The notes under the pieces are model-generated. The model saw nothing but the letters and a program-made list of their open reading frames with translations. It was not told the DNA's origin and ran no database searches. The translations under genes and the position numbers were made by a program. From Magallana gigas (Eukaryota), in assembly GCF_963853765.1 (NCBI RefSeq), contig NC_088858.1:9486001-9550000 (forward strand): 64,000 bases of DNA. Reading direction: 5' to 3'. Shown here piece after piece: positions 23,669 to 35,400 of this stretch (positions are counted from its first letter, which is position 1; each line of letters begins with the position of its first letter).

Positions 23669-25636
23669 GTAGGATAAACGTGATTCTTTTTAAGTACAAA
23701 AACCCAGACATTCGAGGAAATTAACACGATAATCCAAAAATATACAGTAATATTGCGACCGTTCAGTTTTAATGAAAAGAAACCCTTTTTAAAAGAAAAT
23801 CTTATTATGTGTTGACTGAATCAATTTTGATTAAATGTATTAATATGAAACCCGTCTTTCTATTTTATGGTTAAGGTCTCAGGTGCAAGTTTATCTCTAT
23901 GAATTTAACTATGATTATATTCGACAATAATACACAAAGGAAATTAGATGTGTTTTTTCTAAGATTATTTTTTTTCAGACACTAATTAGTTTGCAGACAC
24001 TGGCGACTTTTGCAAAGGACAGAGGCTTGCCACAAAACCGTCTTCAGCTGTCATTTATCTAGTTTTAATTGGCATGGTGTTCAAGTCAATCAATCCAACC
24101 CAAGATATCTAACTTAGCTCTTCTGGTGAGTATCAGGAAAGACATTGAATCAAAGTACTAATAGTACTTGAAAGCGGATAGCAAGCTTGTTTGGAATACA
24201 TGAAATTGCAATTGAAATTTCATAAAACTGAAAAAAAACAACATTTTACGGTATTAGCCAGGGTACCAAGGCCTTCCAAAGTGCAAGCACAAAGGGTATT
24301 GGTTCCTCTTCGGAAGGCCTCGAGAACCAGGCTATTTACAGTATGACTGGCTAATATCTTTCCCTTCCTGTAATTACCTTAAATGGAGATCGGCTTTCAG
24401 TACTTTCAATACTTTGATTCATCATAGTTAGCACTTTGGCAAAGTTTCCGGGTTACATAATAGTTTTGGTTACATGACGTAAACCATTTAGCGTGTAAGC
24501 TAACCGTTAACAACCGAGAAATACCGGTATTATGTAAAGTGTTGCCAAGGTGTCCTGTTAGCATAGTATCATAATTAATTGCAAAAGAAACAAGGAAATA
24601 CAAAAAAATATATATTCATGCGTTTACTTTTCTTGAATATTATGTGAGGTACAAGTACGGTACATGTAGTCTATGTAAATCAACGCAATTTAAATATCAA
24701 ATTATAATCATCTAACTTTGTACAATGTAGTTAAAATGGAGGTAAAATGTTTATTAAAAATGAGGGGGAATTTATGCAACTGTGAACCTCTTATAATATC
24801 AAATTGCTTTAAAATTTGATGTTTTCAAAACAGGATAGAAATATTCTTAGTAGCATAATTTTCTGTACCTTGTCTGCATCAGACAGGCAGGGGTAGAGGC
24901 AGAACGTGTAATCTTCTATTTTTACAATTTGATATTGAATTCCATATAGATGTTTATTTCATGGTTTAATGCATGGTTGTAATTTAAAAGCAGCTTTTGA
25001 ATTATAAAATACGCATTGCTGCCATGTTTAGGGGAGATTGTCATCATAAACAAACATGTTACGTAAATAAAATTTAACATTTTACGAAAAAATCGAATTC
25101 CGTGTAATGACTTGCTAAATACGTGACCACTAAATTATAAAGTTGTTCCTTTTTTGGTTCCTTTTTCGGAATGAAAAAAACCCCAATAATTTGTTCAGTA
25201 ACATTTCACACAAGCTTACATTTTTTCCATACATAAAACATTTTGCATGGCAGAAAGGTGGGTCCAAGAGGTCACAGTAGTTGCCCGTATGAATTCATAT
25301 GTTCCCTGATAGCTTTGAATTACCTATGCAAATGAATTATAACTGAATGAATTAAAGAAAAAAAATATTAAAAATGAATTCGAAATCATGGACTAATCAG
25401 GACTTTTTCTATGTTATATAAACTTAAGCTTTTATTCATTTTTCCCAAAATCATAATGATTTAGCATAGATCTAGATAAAAGACCAAAACCATGCTTATG
25501 AGTCGATAACATAGCAACGCTTACTGTACGTAACTAACTTTATAATCTCAACTATGTCAAAATAGCAAACACATCCATTAAACTCGTACATATCCTGATT
25601 AAAATCACAACAGTAATTTGACCAATCCCTCATTTA

Positions 25637-26002
25637 GGGTGCTTTCCATTTAACTGGCATCGTCGGATTTGCCGGTGTTGCTTTCGTCGCCGAACCCTGG
25701 AACGTACGTAGCCGGCGAGCTAAAATGGCAACGCATTTTATCATTTCCGATTAGGAAACAATATGGCTTTTAGGTTACCATATTTTACAAAACTGGATTT
25801 CTGTAACTAAAGTTTGTCCTACTACATCGAAAAACATTAAGACTGCAAATAGCCGAAATGTCTGGACCAAAGTTTGAGATAAGTATCAGTTTTAAAAACT
25901 GCAATCGTCCTCGTTGGAGCATTGTGACGTTCAAACCGTTCGATTAACGATCACCGTTTCCATATAACGTCGCCGGCGAGGCAACGTTTATGGAAAGCAC
26001 CC
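25637..26002. mobile_element. PIF/Harbinger-like MITE in a pseudogene intron
   Basis: 13-bp TIR GGGTGCTTTCCAT / ATGGAAAGCACCC; 3-bp flanks TTA/ATA. Absent from the homologous intron of the intact gene (~7510-7560). Confidence 0.75.
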
Positions 26003-28316
26003 ATAGTCACGTACGTATCGCACGTGTCTACCATGTCAGTTCCAGTACTAACTATCTTCTTATGCTTCTCTGTCCATATCACCTCGTGAACAGATCGAAA
26101 ACATGTTGGGGAAGTTTCAAATGTGTAGTTCTTTTGAAGCTAGCTCTTCAGTCGGTACAATGTGTTCAATCGCGTTTATAAATGGGTTAAACTTAAAAAG
26201 ACATAGCTCATGTTATACATAAACATGTTACTTGCTGCGATATACAAGCTACCGTAGTACAGGCTATAATTTCTTCATGCAAAAAATACATATGTAGACA
26301 ATTGCATTAAATTCATAACTTTACAGGTGTTATATTGTAAAATTTATCTATTTTTAGAGTTACCAAAGATACTCAGATGTTAAGAAATTTGAAAGAAAAT
26401 ATCAGTTAAACTTTTTTGCCTTGTTCAAAAAGAAAAAAAGAAGAATAATTACTTGTTTCTTTCATAAATGAAAAAAAAATATTAACAATCTCCTTTCAAC
26501 ATAATTTCAAGTTCGTCCTTAACTATTATGAGAATGCTATACTATGCAATTACGACGGATATTTATAAAAAAATATTTCATTCATATACTAGATGGATAT
26601 TTTGTGTTTTTAAAATGCGCAGCATAAAAGAAAGATGTCTCATTGTTTTCAGTGGCATATAAAATAAATAAAAGTACAGTATGCCCTCTTATTTGAAATG
26701 CTAGTGAGACAACTGTTTTGTTTGCAGAAAAAAAATCAGCAAACGGCTCGCTATGGAGAAAGAATCTTATAAAAAGAAAGCAAGGGCCATGTCCATGGAC
26801 GTGTAGGGGATGTCTAATGAAGTGAAGTGAGAAATCTCTAAACAATCAATAAGAGAGTAAGATCTCTGTAGATATTGACTACCTGATTATCTGTCTTCTC
26901 AGCTCTCTTCACTATTAATTAGGGAGTGGAGTGACCGTATAGGGGAATCGTTGCTTCGATGCGCAGGTATGGATATGATAAACATATCCACACAGTAAAA
27001 AATGTAAAAAGGAAAATATATTGTTTATAATTCAAGTGCCTTTGGTGTTAGCACTTTGAAGCTGATTTGGTTTTAACCGAATTAATTCTATTCATCGCAT
27101 TAGTGTTTGAAGAGGATATTAGGCATGTTTTGATACGAGTACTGTGTGCCCTTCTAACTATAACTACAATAATACATGGAGATAGCTTATAGCTAATAGG
27201 CAAACGTGTTGGATTTCAAGTAATTCAAACCAATATTTATATCAATTTAATATTGTGGCTGAGTAAAAATGTCTAGAACGTTTAATATACGTATGTAAAT
27301 TGACATAGAATAAATATTATTATTCATTACTTATTACTTATTAACGACATACACTTATTCATCAATGCGCTACGCACGAAGTTTTCCGGCTAATTTACTT
27401 TGATATGTGTATCAAAAGAAAACAAGAAAGCATATATTGACGCAAGCGTCAAATGGGCCGCAAAAAATAAAATTGTTGTATGAATTATCATTGATTGTTT
27501 ACATAAAAACACACCAACAAGAAGAAAATAACGAGTTTGTTAACTAAATTTTATGGAAAATTGTAATATATTTTCAGCAACACGCCTTCTGGCGGCCCGT
27601 AATTATTGAATTCATTTCTTATCATTCGATAAAACATCTTCTATCAAAAAAATGAAATGACTCTCATCAAAAACATAAATAATGTAACTGAAGCGTCGCG
27701 TTTGAATACACAACAATTCTAGCAAACAATATTCAAAATGGATGCGCCTCTAGCTGATGAAGCTAATTTCATGGATTAATTTAAAACACAAATAGACAGT
27801 TGAAATCTGAACAGGCTTAATTGAAAACGAAAGGGAAATACATGCAATGGGTTGTGATATTTTTCATTTTGCAGCAACATTCGTTAAAAATGATTTTTAT
27901 GTGAGTTAGATCGCTGGAATATTAAACTAGGCATAACCATAATGCAAGGAGACGCCATCGTGGACGAAAATAGTTGATACGTCAACAAAGAGTAAAATGT
28001 ATACACGTTCGACTTTTGTAAAATTTGTTGTATATAGAGTGAGGTACTTACATGTAAATGGTACATCTGCCGCTTGATATACGCTGAAGGAGCTTAAAGT
28101 TTGCTTTACAACTCTTTATTCTCATGACCAATCATGTACGTGTGTTAATTTAAATTTCATCGACAGCAAATTTGAACAAAAGTGTTACCTTGAAAGTGTT
28201 TATGCCTATAAGTTCATTAAAATTATTCTTGGAATAGCCAGCCTCACCGTAAATGTTGATAGTTGCCTCAAGTAGACGAAGTTGTGAAAGGACACTCAAT
28301 TTTCTATTTCTTGAAT

Positions 28317-28766
28317 AACTAGACGCTCGTTGCGAGCAACAAAGGTCTTTGACTATAGGGATAGTTGTTCTGTTCTATCATTTGAGAATGCGTGGAGCGA
28401 TTTCAAAACAAATTTCATAATCGGAAGTTCTGAGAGCATTTCTATCGAATAGAAACATTAAAAAAAATCAAGTCAAAAAATTTGAAAATTAAAGTTTTTC
28501 ATTTCCTTCCGGTGGACGTTCATATATGTGAAGGGCACTGTGGACGTAAACCCTTTATCATCTCTGAAAATATCAAAGTTCGATCTTAAATACTTTTTAA
28601 TATCTCGGGACCGGAAGTGACGACAAAAAAAAACTCGTGTTATTTTCTTACAAATTGTGTCATAAATAGGATCTGAAAGTTTAATCAAAATCGGCTGAAT
28701 CGTTTTTGAGAAAACGTTACAGAAAAAAAAATAATAGAGGAAAAGAAACAAAGCAATAACAACAAA

Positions 28767-28795
<29 letters not shown>
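28317..28795 (-). mobile_element. HINE-type element
   Basis: One end has the hairpin GTCTTCCGTT-GGA-AACGGAAGAC followed by CTTAATA. The other end is AACTAG-ACGCTCGTTGCGAGCAAC (on the minus strand a hairpin then CTAGTT). Confidence 0.75.
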
Positions 28796-28798
<3 letters not shown>

Positions 28799-29716
28799 TG
28801 TGTAATGCCCATCATTTTAAGTTTTATTTTGTTTACTAACAATTAAACAGATACATCTTTACATTTTGTTGACAGTGTTTATTTTGGAAATTTTATTGAT
28901 GCAGTGCAGGTATCAAAGAAACTTTTCGACCAATCAGAAGCGTCAGCATCCGTTCAAACTAATAAATATTAAATGATACACCAATAACAAAATGTTCTAT
29001 CATTCGCTATCTTGGCACTGACTCAATTATTAGGCATACTATTCAATACAGAATGTCCAGTAATGCCGTACACACGACTATACAATTTAAAAAGTAGGCA
29101 TTGGGCACTGTAATAAATGTATACCAAAGCACACAAAGCGGTGATATCTTATATACAAAATTTAAATAGATATTGTATTCCCATTGTTGTAGATAGCATA
29201 ACCCAAAGGTTGTATAACAATAAATGCGCTATTTCATGTTAATTAGTATTATTTCCTGACAATGTTAGATATAATTATCAGAAAAAAACCCTGATAATTG
29301 GCAAGCGAAATCTTCGACTAGCCATACCGTGAGCTTTAAGTTACATGTAAAAAAAAAAAAAGGTAAGTAACTTATAAAAAGATTATTTGAAGAAAAAAAA
29401 GTCTACAGAATATTAGTATGCCTAAAATAAGGTTTCTATGAAAATAACCTGTTACATTCATCAACTTATAGAGACAGTACAGCTAAAAACACATGTGAGA
29501 ATAACTTCACTTTACCTATGTTGTATCGTAGTTGAAATACATAAAAATCCTTTTCACATACCTAATTAATCTTATATCGTTTATTTGGCAACGTGGATTT
29601 GATTGATTGTAATTGACATGTGCTGAAAACCACAAGATACGAGGTGAGAGGGACTATCTAAATGGTACACATCATCACTTTCTCGATAAATATAGCAATT
29701 ATAAGCATAAGTAATA

Positions 29717-30388
29717 TTATACAAATATTGACTGGGGTTGAGGGCAACATTGATTATATTAGCCCCCGAGGGACGAAATATTGCCCGACGCGAAGCGGAG
29801 GGCAATGTTTTCGTCCCAAGGGGGCTAATATAATCAATGTTGCCCGAAAACACAGTCAGTATTTGTTTTGTTATATGAAGAAACAAATCAAAATTTAAGA
29901 AAGTAATTGAAAATAGATCGCCGTAATTTTCTCAGCTCCTCAACAAAGAATTCACGAATTCAATTTTGTGCAAAGTTCATTTTCAAAATATCCTCCGCAT
30001 CAAACGGTGACTAGTGATATTCCGCCGACTGTAAGAATTAACATAAAGATGTTCTACCTGATTTTCCTTCTCAGAAATTCGCAAATCCTTATATCCGTTA
30101 TGATAGCAAACCGTTGCATTGCGCGTCCGTTGTTTACTTGCCTTGACTGACTCTCTATTATGACGTCACCTTGTTTTGGAGTCGCTAAAGGTTATTTACG
30201 TCATCGTTTACAAATCAACAAATCAGATGCGATTATTTGAAACAGAGGGAATGTTCATTAGATATTATTCCTAGCCGGTCAATATCAAAAAAATATTGAC
30301 CGGTCAATATTTTTCGGACGAGCTAATATTAAAATTAATGACTATTCGTCTATATAGAGTTATATAGTGAGAATATTCTACTGAATAT

Positions 30389-30390
<2 letters not shown>
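29717..30390. mobile_element. ~680-bp double-hairpin element, tandem copy 1
   Basis: ~140-bp palindrome with an ACGCGAAGCGG centre at the left end, hairpin CCGGTCAATAT-CAAAAA-ATATTGACCGG near the right end, followed by (TA)n. Confidence 0.85.

Positions 30391-30392
<2 letters not shown>

Positions 30393-30437
<45 letters not shown>
30393..30437. repeat. (TA)n microsatellite between the two element copies
   Basis: About 22 TA units. Confidence 0.95.
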
Positions 30438-30441
<4 letters not shown>

Positions 30442-31105
30442 CAAATATTGACTGGGGTTGAGGGCAACATTGATTATATTAGCCCCCGAGGGACGAAATA
30501 TTGCCCGACGCGAAGCGGAGGGCAATATTTTCGTCCCAAGGGGGCTAATATAATCAATGTTGCCCGAAAACACAGCCAACATTTGTTTTGTTATATGAAG
30601 AAACAAACCAAAATTTAAGAAATTAATTGAAAACAGATCGCTGTAATTTTCTCAGCTCAACAAAGAATTCACGAATTCTATTTTGTGCAAAGTTCATTTC
30701 CAAAATATCCTCAGCATCAAACGGTCACTTGTGATATTCCGCCGACCGTAAGAATTATCAGACAGGTGTTCTACCTGATTTTACTTCACAGTAATTCGCA
30801 AATCCTTATATCCGTTATGATAGCAAACCGTTGCATTGCGCGTTCGTTGTTTACTTGCCTTGACTGACTGTCTATTATGACGTCACCTTGTTTTGGAGTC
30901 GCGAAGAATTATTTACGTCACCGTTTACGAATCAACAAATCAGAGGCGATTATTTGAAATAGAGGGAATGTTCTCTAGATATTATTCCTAGCCGGTCAAT
31001 ATCTAAAAAATATTGACCGGTCAATATTTTTCGGACGAGCTGATATTACAATTATTGACTATTCGTCTATATAGAGTTATATAGTGAGAATATACTACTG
31101 AATAT

Positions 31106-31108
<3 letters not shown>
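30437..31108. mobile_element. ~680-bp double-hairpin element, tandem copy 2
   Basis: Direct repeat of 29717-30390 at offset ~720 with scattered substitutions; followed by (TA)n at ~31112-31138. Confidence 0.85.
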
Positions 31109-31138
<30 letters not shown>

Positions 31139-32882
31139 CTGGACGACAAGAATTGATTAAGATTTAGAGACAAGCAACACTGTCTATTCATTTGACTAAT
31201 TAATTTGTTTCTGTACGAGCATTGATTCGCCTTATTGATATTTTTTATACCTTCCTACGACGAGCAATCATGATGCTTACCAATTTTACTGAATTGATCG
31301 GTCATAAGTGGAATCAACTCCTGGTCCCTGATTCTACAATCACTGTATTATCAAATGCATAGACCTGTTAACGTGACAGATCACATCTGGTTATTAAATA
31401 TTGGCAAAAAGTACAGTCTTACAACGCACCTTTTTTTTAAATGGGGTAAAATATAGGACCAAATTTAACTTTTTTTCTAATTTCAATGTTTATATTGCTG
31501 TACATGAACTAAGGTATTTTAAATGCTTAATCGTTTTTAAAAAAGATAAGTTGTTAGAGAAATATATAGCTGATATTTATTATGTAAACAAAGCTCCAGT
31601 CACCTTAAATTTCTGGTTACATCTATACTTATGAATTAAGACATTTTGCGAATACACTACAAAATGCCTGCCTGATCGGACATCTCTGCTTAATAGAAGT
31701 TAATAAATAAAAAGGAATAATTAGATGCAACTTCAGAACGGGATGCTCCAGGTACGCGGGTTGACTTATAAACGTCATGGCGGAAAGTGTAGAGCGAGTT
31801 AACCATCAAGTAGACAACCTTGGTTTAAAATATGCAACTAAATATGCCTTCGTTTTTAACTTCATACATCTTTATACCATGACAGATTGGTAGTAAACCT
31901 TAGATATTAATTTTAGAATTTTCAGCGTTTCAGGTTTGATCTAGCTTAGATCTAAGATATGGGCTTGGCAACTTTAGGTCTACCGGTTGATATATTCCAG
32001 GGAGATAAATTTTCTTTTAGAATGGTATGTGCACAAATATATAAACTTTTTCGGAAATTAAGCCTGCCTAAAAACAAGAGTGGCACAGGAATTATTATTC
32101 GGCACCGTGTTCCTGAAATGCTCATTTGTACGGTACTGATTACTTCATCCATGCCACACAGTTAGTTATTGAGTGCTAATTTATGCTCGTATTCACACCT
32201 ACATAATACAAGGTTTACATGTACGTGACAATATGTATCTAATTCCTTTAGCTTACCTGTTATGGGAATAAGTACAGCACAGTGGCATTTAACAGACGAT
32301 GTCAATGTGAATTAAGTTGTTCAGTTTTAATTTGGTCTTATTTAAAATTAAACGATTTGAAGACTGTAGGTGTAACTATATATTAGTAGTACTTACTCGT
32401 CACCATGTCCTCCAATTGTGCGCCTTTTGAGAAATATCATACCAAGCAGTTAGATAGCATTTTTGAAGTAATTAAAAATTGTGAGATCACTGGAAGGCAA
32501 TGTATGGGCTGTACAATCCCCTTCAGGTACATGTGTAATTGGTTAATAAATGTAGTGGGTAACAATGACGTCAATATCTACATAGAGGTGCATTCAATTG
32601 GAACTAATGTTTCAAGCTGCTTGGTTCGATTTATGGTTATTACGGTATCAAATATTTTTTCGTACAAACAAATTATCTGAAAAAAGTTATAGACTTTCAC
32701 CCTTTTACAGTTGTACACCAGCAATTATTTTCGCTTACAAACTCATTTTACATGTGCTTATTTCGCTCAATTATTGACCTTTCAGCTCTGATAGGTAAAT
32801 AAAAAATTAGAGAAAATAACATTGTATACCTGAACATGTGATAACTAATGTAATGTTAGTTTATTAAGCCGTTGATTAATGT

Positions 32883-33091
32883 AAATAAACAGTTTAACCT
32901 TCAACATTGGCGTTTAAATTATCAACAAAATACGAACAAAACATTCATAATTATTAATGCCAATTATTGACAACAACAATTTTTCATAAATAAACAGTTT
33001 AACCTTCAACATCAGCGTTTAAATTATTTACAAAATGTGAACAAAACATTCATAATTATTAATGCCAATTATTGACAACAAAATATTTTCA
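32883..33091. repeat. 105-bp tandem duplication immediately 3' of GPCR copy 2
   Basis: AAATAAACAGTTTAACCTTCAACAT...TTATTGACAACAA starts at 32883 and at 32988. Confidence 0.85.
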
Positions 33092-33142
33092 TATTATCAC
33101 AGAATTCTCCAGTAAAAATGTCGTCACTAATTAAATGCTAGT

Positions 33143-34309
33143 TTAGTCGTAGAAAGACTTCCGCGTACTGAGTAGTGTCCCTTTTGTAGAACTCTCCGTA
33201 CCGCGTCTTCGCCCTCGAAACTCCGTTATCCCAACTCTGCACTCAATTAAAGACCGAAAAAGACGACATACTTCGTTCCGAAAATAATTTGCTGTCAGAT
33301 AATAGAGAAAAAAATTAAGGGAGTATTGTGATAGCCCGACCTCGTCAATTATCTTTTTTGCAATGAGATAGTCAAAAAATGTCTTCCATGTGGAATCTTT
33401 CCCAATTTCACTGACGGATAGAGTTTCGTCGCCGGTTGGGATTCTGTATTGTAGCGCAAAAATTATAGCAACTGGAATAACAGTAAAGAGTCTGTAGAAA
33501 GAGACACATAAAAGTGTTACAGTTGAAACTCGTAAACTTCGTTGTTTAGTGTGTTCCTTTTGCCTCGTTTTCAAAAGTTTACTACTGAAGCCATTTAATT
33601 CGAACGATGGAGCTGTATCTCTTCGCAGCCTAATCGAGCGTGACACTGCGTTTATAACTAAAACATTCAGTATCAATGACGCCAACGGAAATGCGCCAAA
33701 TACCAGAATATCACTGACCCAGATCCAAATTTCGAAAAACTTTATCCCTGTGCCCTGGCATTCTCCGTCTGGAAACACTGTCCATCCAAAGACCTGAGGC
33801 ACTGCAAGCAAGAGGGAGAGAATGATTATTGCAACAATCTCCAATGCTCCCCGATTTCTCCTTGAAAAGCGCTCACCTTTGAATGGGATGGCTATAGATA
33901 TGAATCGTTCTAGAGTGAATCCCATTATAAGTAGTGGACTCATATACTGAGCAAACATGTAAAACACAAAGAAAGTCGGACACCAGACAGGTTTGTTCAA
34001 CGTACTCACATTCCACGTGAACTGTAGTTCCATCACGCTGTGCAATGCCAGCAACACAAGGTCCGAAACTGCAAGAACTGTAAGGTACAATGCCGAAGTG
34101 TTCGTCTTGCGTATTCTTCGACTCCATATTTTAATTGTCAAAAGATTTCCAACGAGACCAATGAAGTATAGGATCAGACTAACATATTTATCAACAAAAA
34201 AAGCCGAAGGAGCATACAACTCAAAGATACAAGAATACCATGAAACCACGCCAACGCGCGGACACAAATCGTCCAGAATTTCCGTTGTATTGTTTATAGA
34301 TCCATTCAT
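33143..34309 (-). CDS. Class A orphan peptide-type GPCR, copy 2 (388 aa)
   Basis: Intact ORF with the same 7TM motifs as copy 1; about 18 amino-acid differences over 388 (manual alignment). Confidence 0.93.
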   Translation of the reverse strand: MNGSINNTTEILDDLCPRVGVVSWYSCIFELYAPSAFFVDKYVSLILYFIGLVGNLLTIKIWSRRIRKTNTSALYLTVLAVSDLVLLALHSVMELQFTWNVSTLNKPVWCPTFFVFYMFAQYMSPLLIMGFTLERFISIAIPFKGERFSRRNRGALEIVAIIILSLLLAVPQVFGWTVFPDGECQGTGIKFFEIWIWVSDILVFGAFPLASLILNVLVINAVSRSIRLRRDTAPSFELNGFSSKLLKTRQKEHTKQRSLRVSTVTLLCVSFYRLFTVIPVAIIFALQYRIPTGDETLSVSEIGKDSTWKTFFDYLIAKKIIDEVGLSQYSLNFFLYYLTANYFRNEVCRLFRSLIECRVGITEFRGRRRGTESSTKGTLLSTRKSFYD

Positions 34310-35112
34310 TATGAGGGAATTACTTCTTTTTTGAACTCTACTATGAAGGTAATCAAAGGCTTTCAGAAAACGACTTTATGATTTTTGGTTCTGATAAAAT
34401 AACTTTACTGTGATTAGGTACATCTTGGTGGAATTTCAGGAAACGTCCGTCTCCGACATCCTCTTTAGCCACATGTATAGGAAAAAACGTCGATTCTGAA
34501 AAAAAAAAACCCGCTTGCATTTGAATATACATATATATTGTTTGGGAAATGTACTCTGAACGGAAATATTTACATCCGTTCAAATATTAATGCAACAGAA
34601 CAACGCAGTGTTTAATAAATATTGTTTACTTCCAACAGGGGAAGTCATACAACAAAATATAAATGTTATGTTCTACCGCCTAACAGCTGAAATAAAATTT
34701 GTTTCAATACTTAATCAAAATACATGCTTTGAAATGGTCTATCAATTTTGACATTTTAAGAAAAGGAAGTCAGAGTTGGGTAATTTTTTAGAGCAAATCA
34801 AATTCCTAGTTGATACGCATTATGCATTATTGCCATCCCCGAGTGACTGTCAACAAATTGAAATAACGCACTCATATAATAAACTTCATGGGAGTTGAAT
34901 TAGAACAGATGTTTGTAAAATATTTTAGCAAGTATAATTCTGTTCCATTTTATATTAATCTTTAATTACTGCTTTATTTAAGAAAATCTTGATAGAAAAA
35001 ATTAGACATTTTACTTATCATAACCATGAAAATGAAGCACATATAGTACCCATAATTAATTAGTTTTTTAAGTTCAGAATTCTGATTTATATAATTATAG
35101 TATAAAGATTAC

Positions 35113-35400
35113 CTGAGAGTAATGCATAAATCTGGTTGCATGTAAAGTTCATCAAATTAAGGTTTCCCCGAAGTTGGACAACACGGACATCACTTCAAGC
35201 TCCGATTAATACGATTTGATGACAAGTGACTATTTGAATCCTAAGCCAGTAGTAGCTGCTTAGGCAAGGAGAAGAACGATCGCACACTGAGAGGATCTAC
35301 CACTATCAGCAGTATTTACGCCAGGGTTTGACGATTCATTCTCACATAACAATCTATACGCTCTGTGGCTCACCGACTTTGCTAATTATCATTTAAGCGC
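35113..35400 (-). promoter_or_regulatory. Putative non-coding 5' exon/promoter block of GPCR copy 2
   Basis: Conserved with 13932-14160 except for a ~95-bp indel; donor TCAG|GTAATC at 35112, conserved acceptor TTTTTCAG at 34496. Confidence 0.65.

Larger units (their letters stand above)
22993..26806 (+). pseudogene. Unprocessed pseudogene copy of the Cys-less pLGIC
   Basis: Exon relics at 22993-23166 (insertions, stop, deletion), 23979-24125 (frameshift giving TAG), 24834-~24910 (M3/M4 largely deleted), 26358-26405 (donor GT changed to TT) and 26728-26806 (+1 A). Intron segments are also homologous. The equivalent of exon 4032-4289 is absent or in the gap. Confidence 0.9.

Noticed and set aside
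29581-30867. Repeated ORFs (29581-29886, 30304-30606, 29968-30150, 30685-30867)
   Set aside because: They arise from the duplicated palindromic element and the TA microsatellite; no coding signature.
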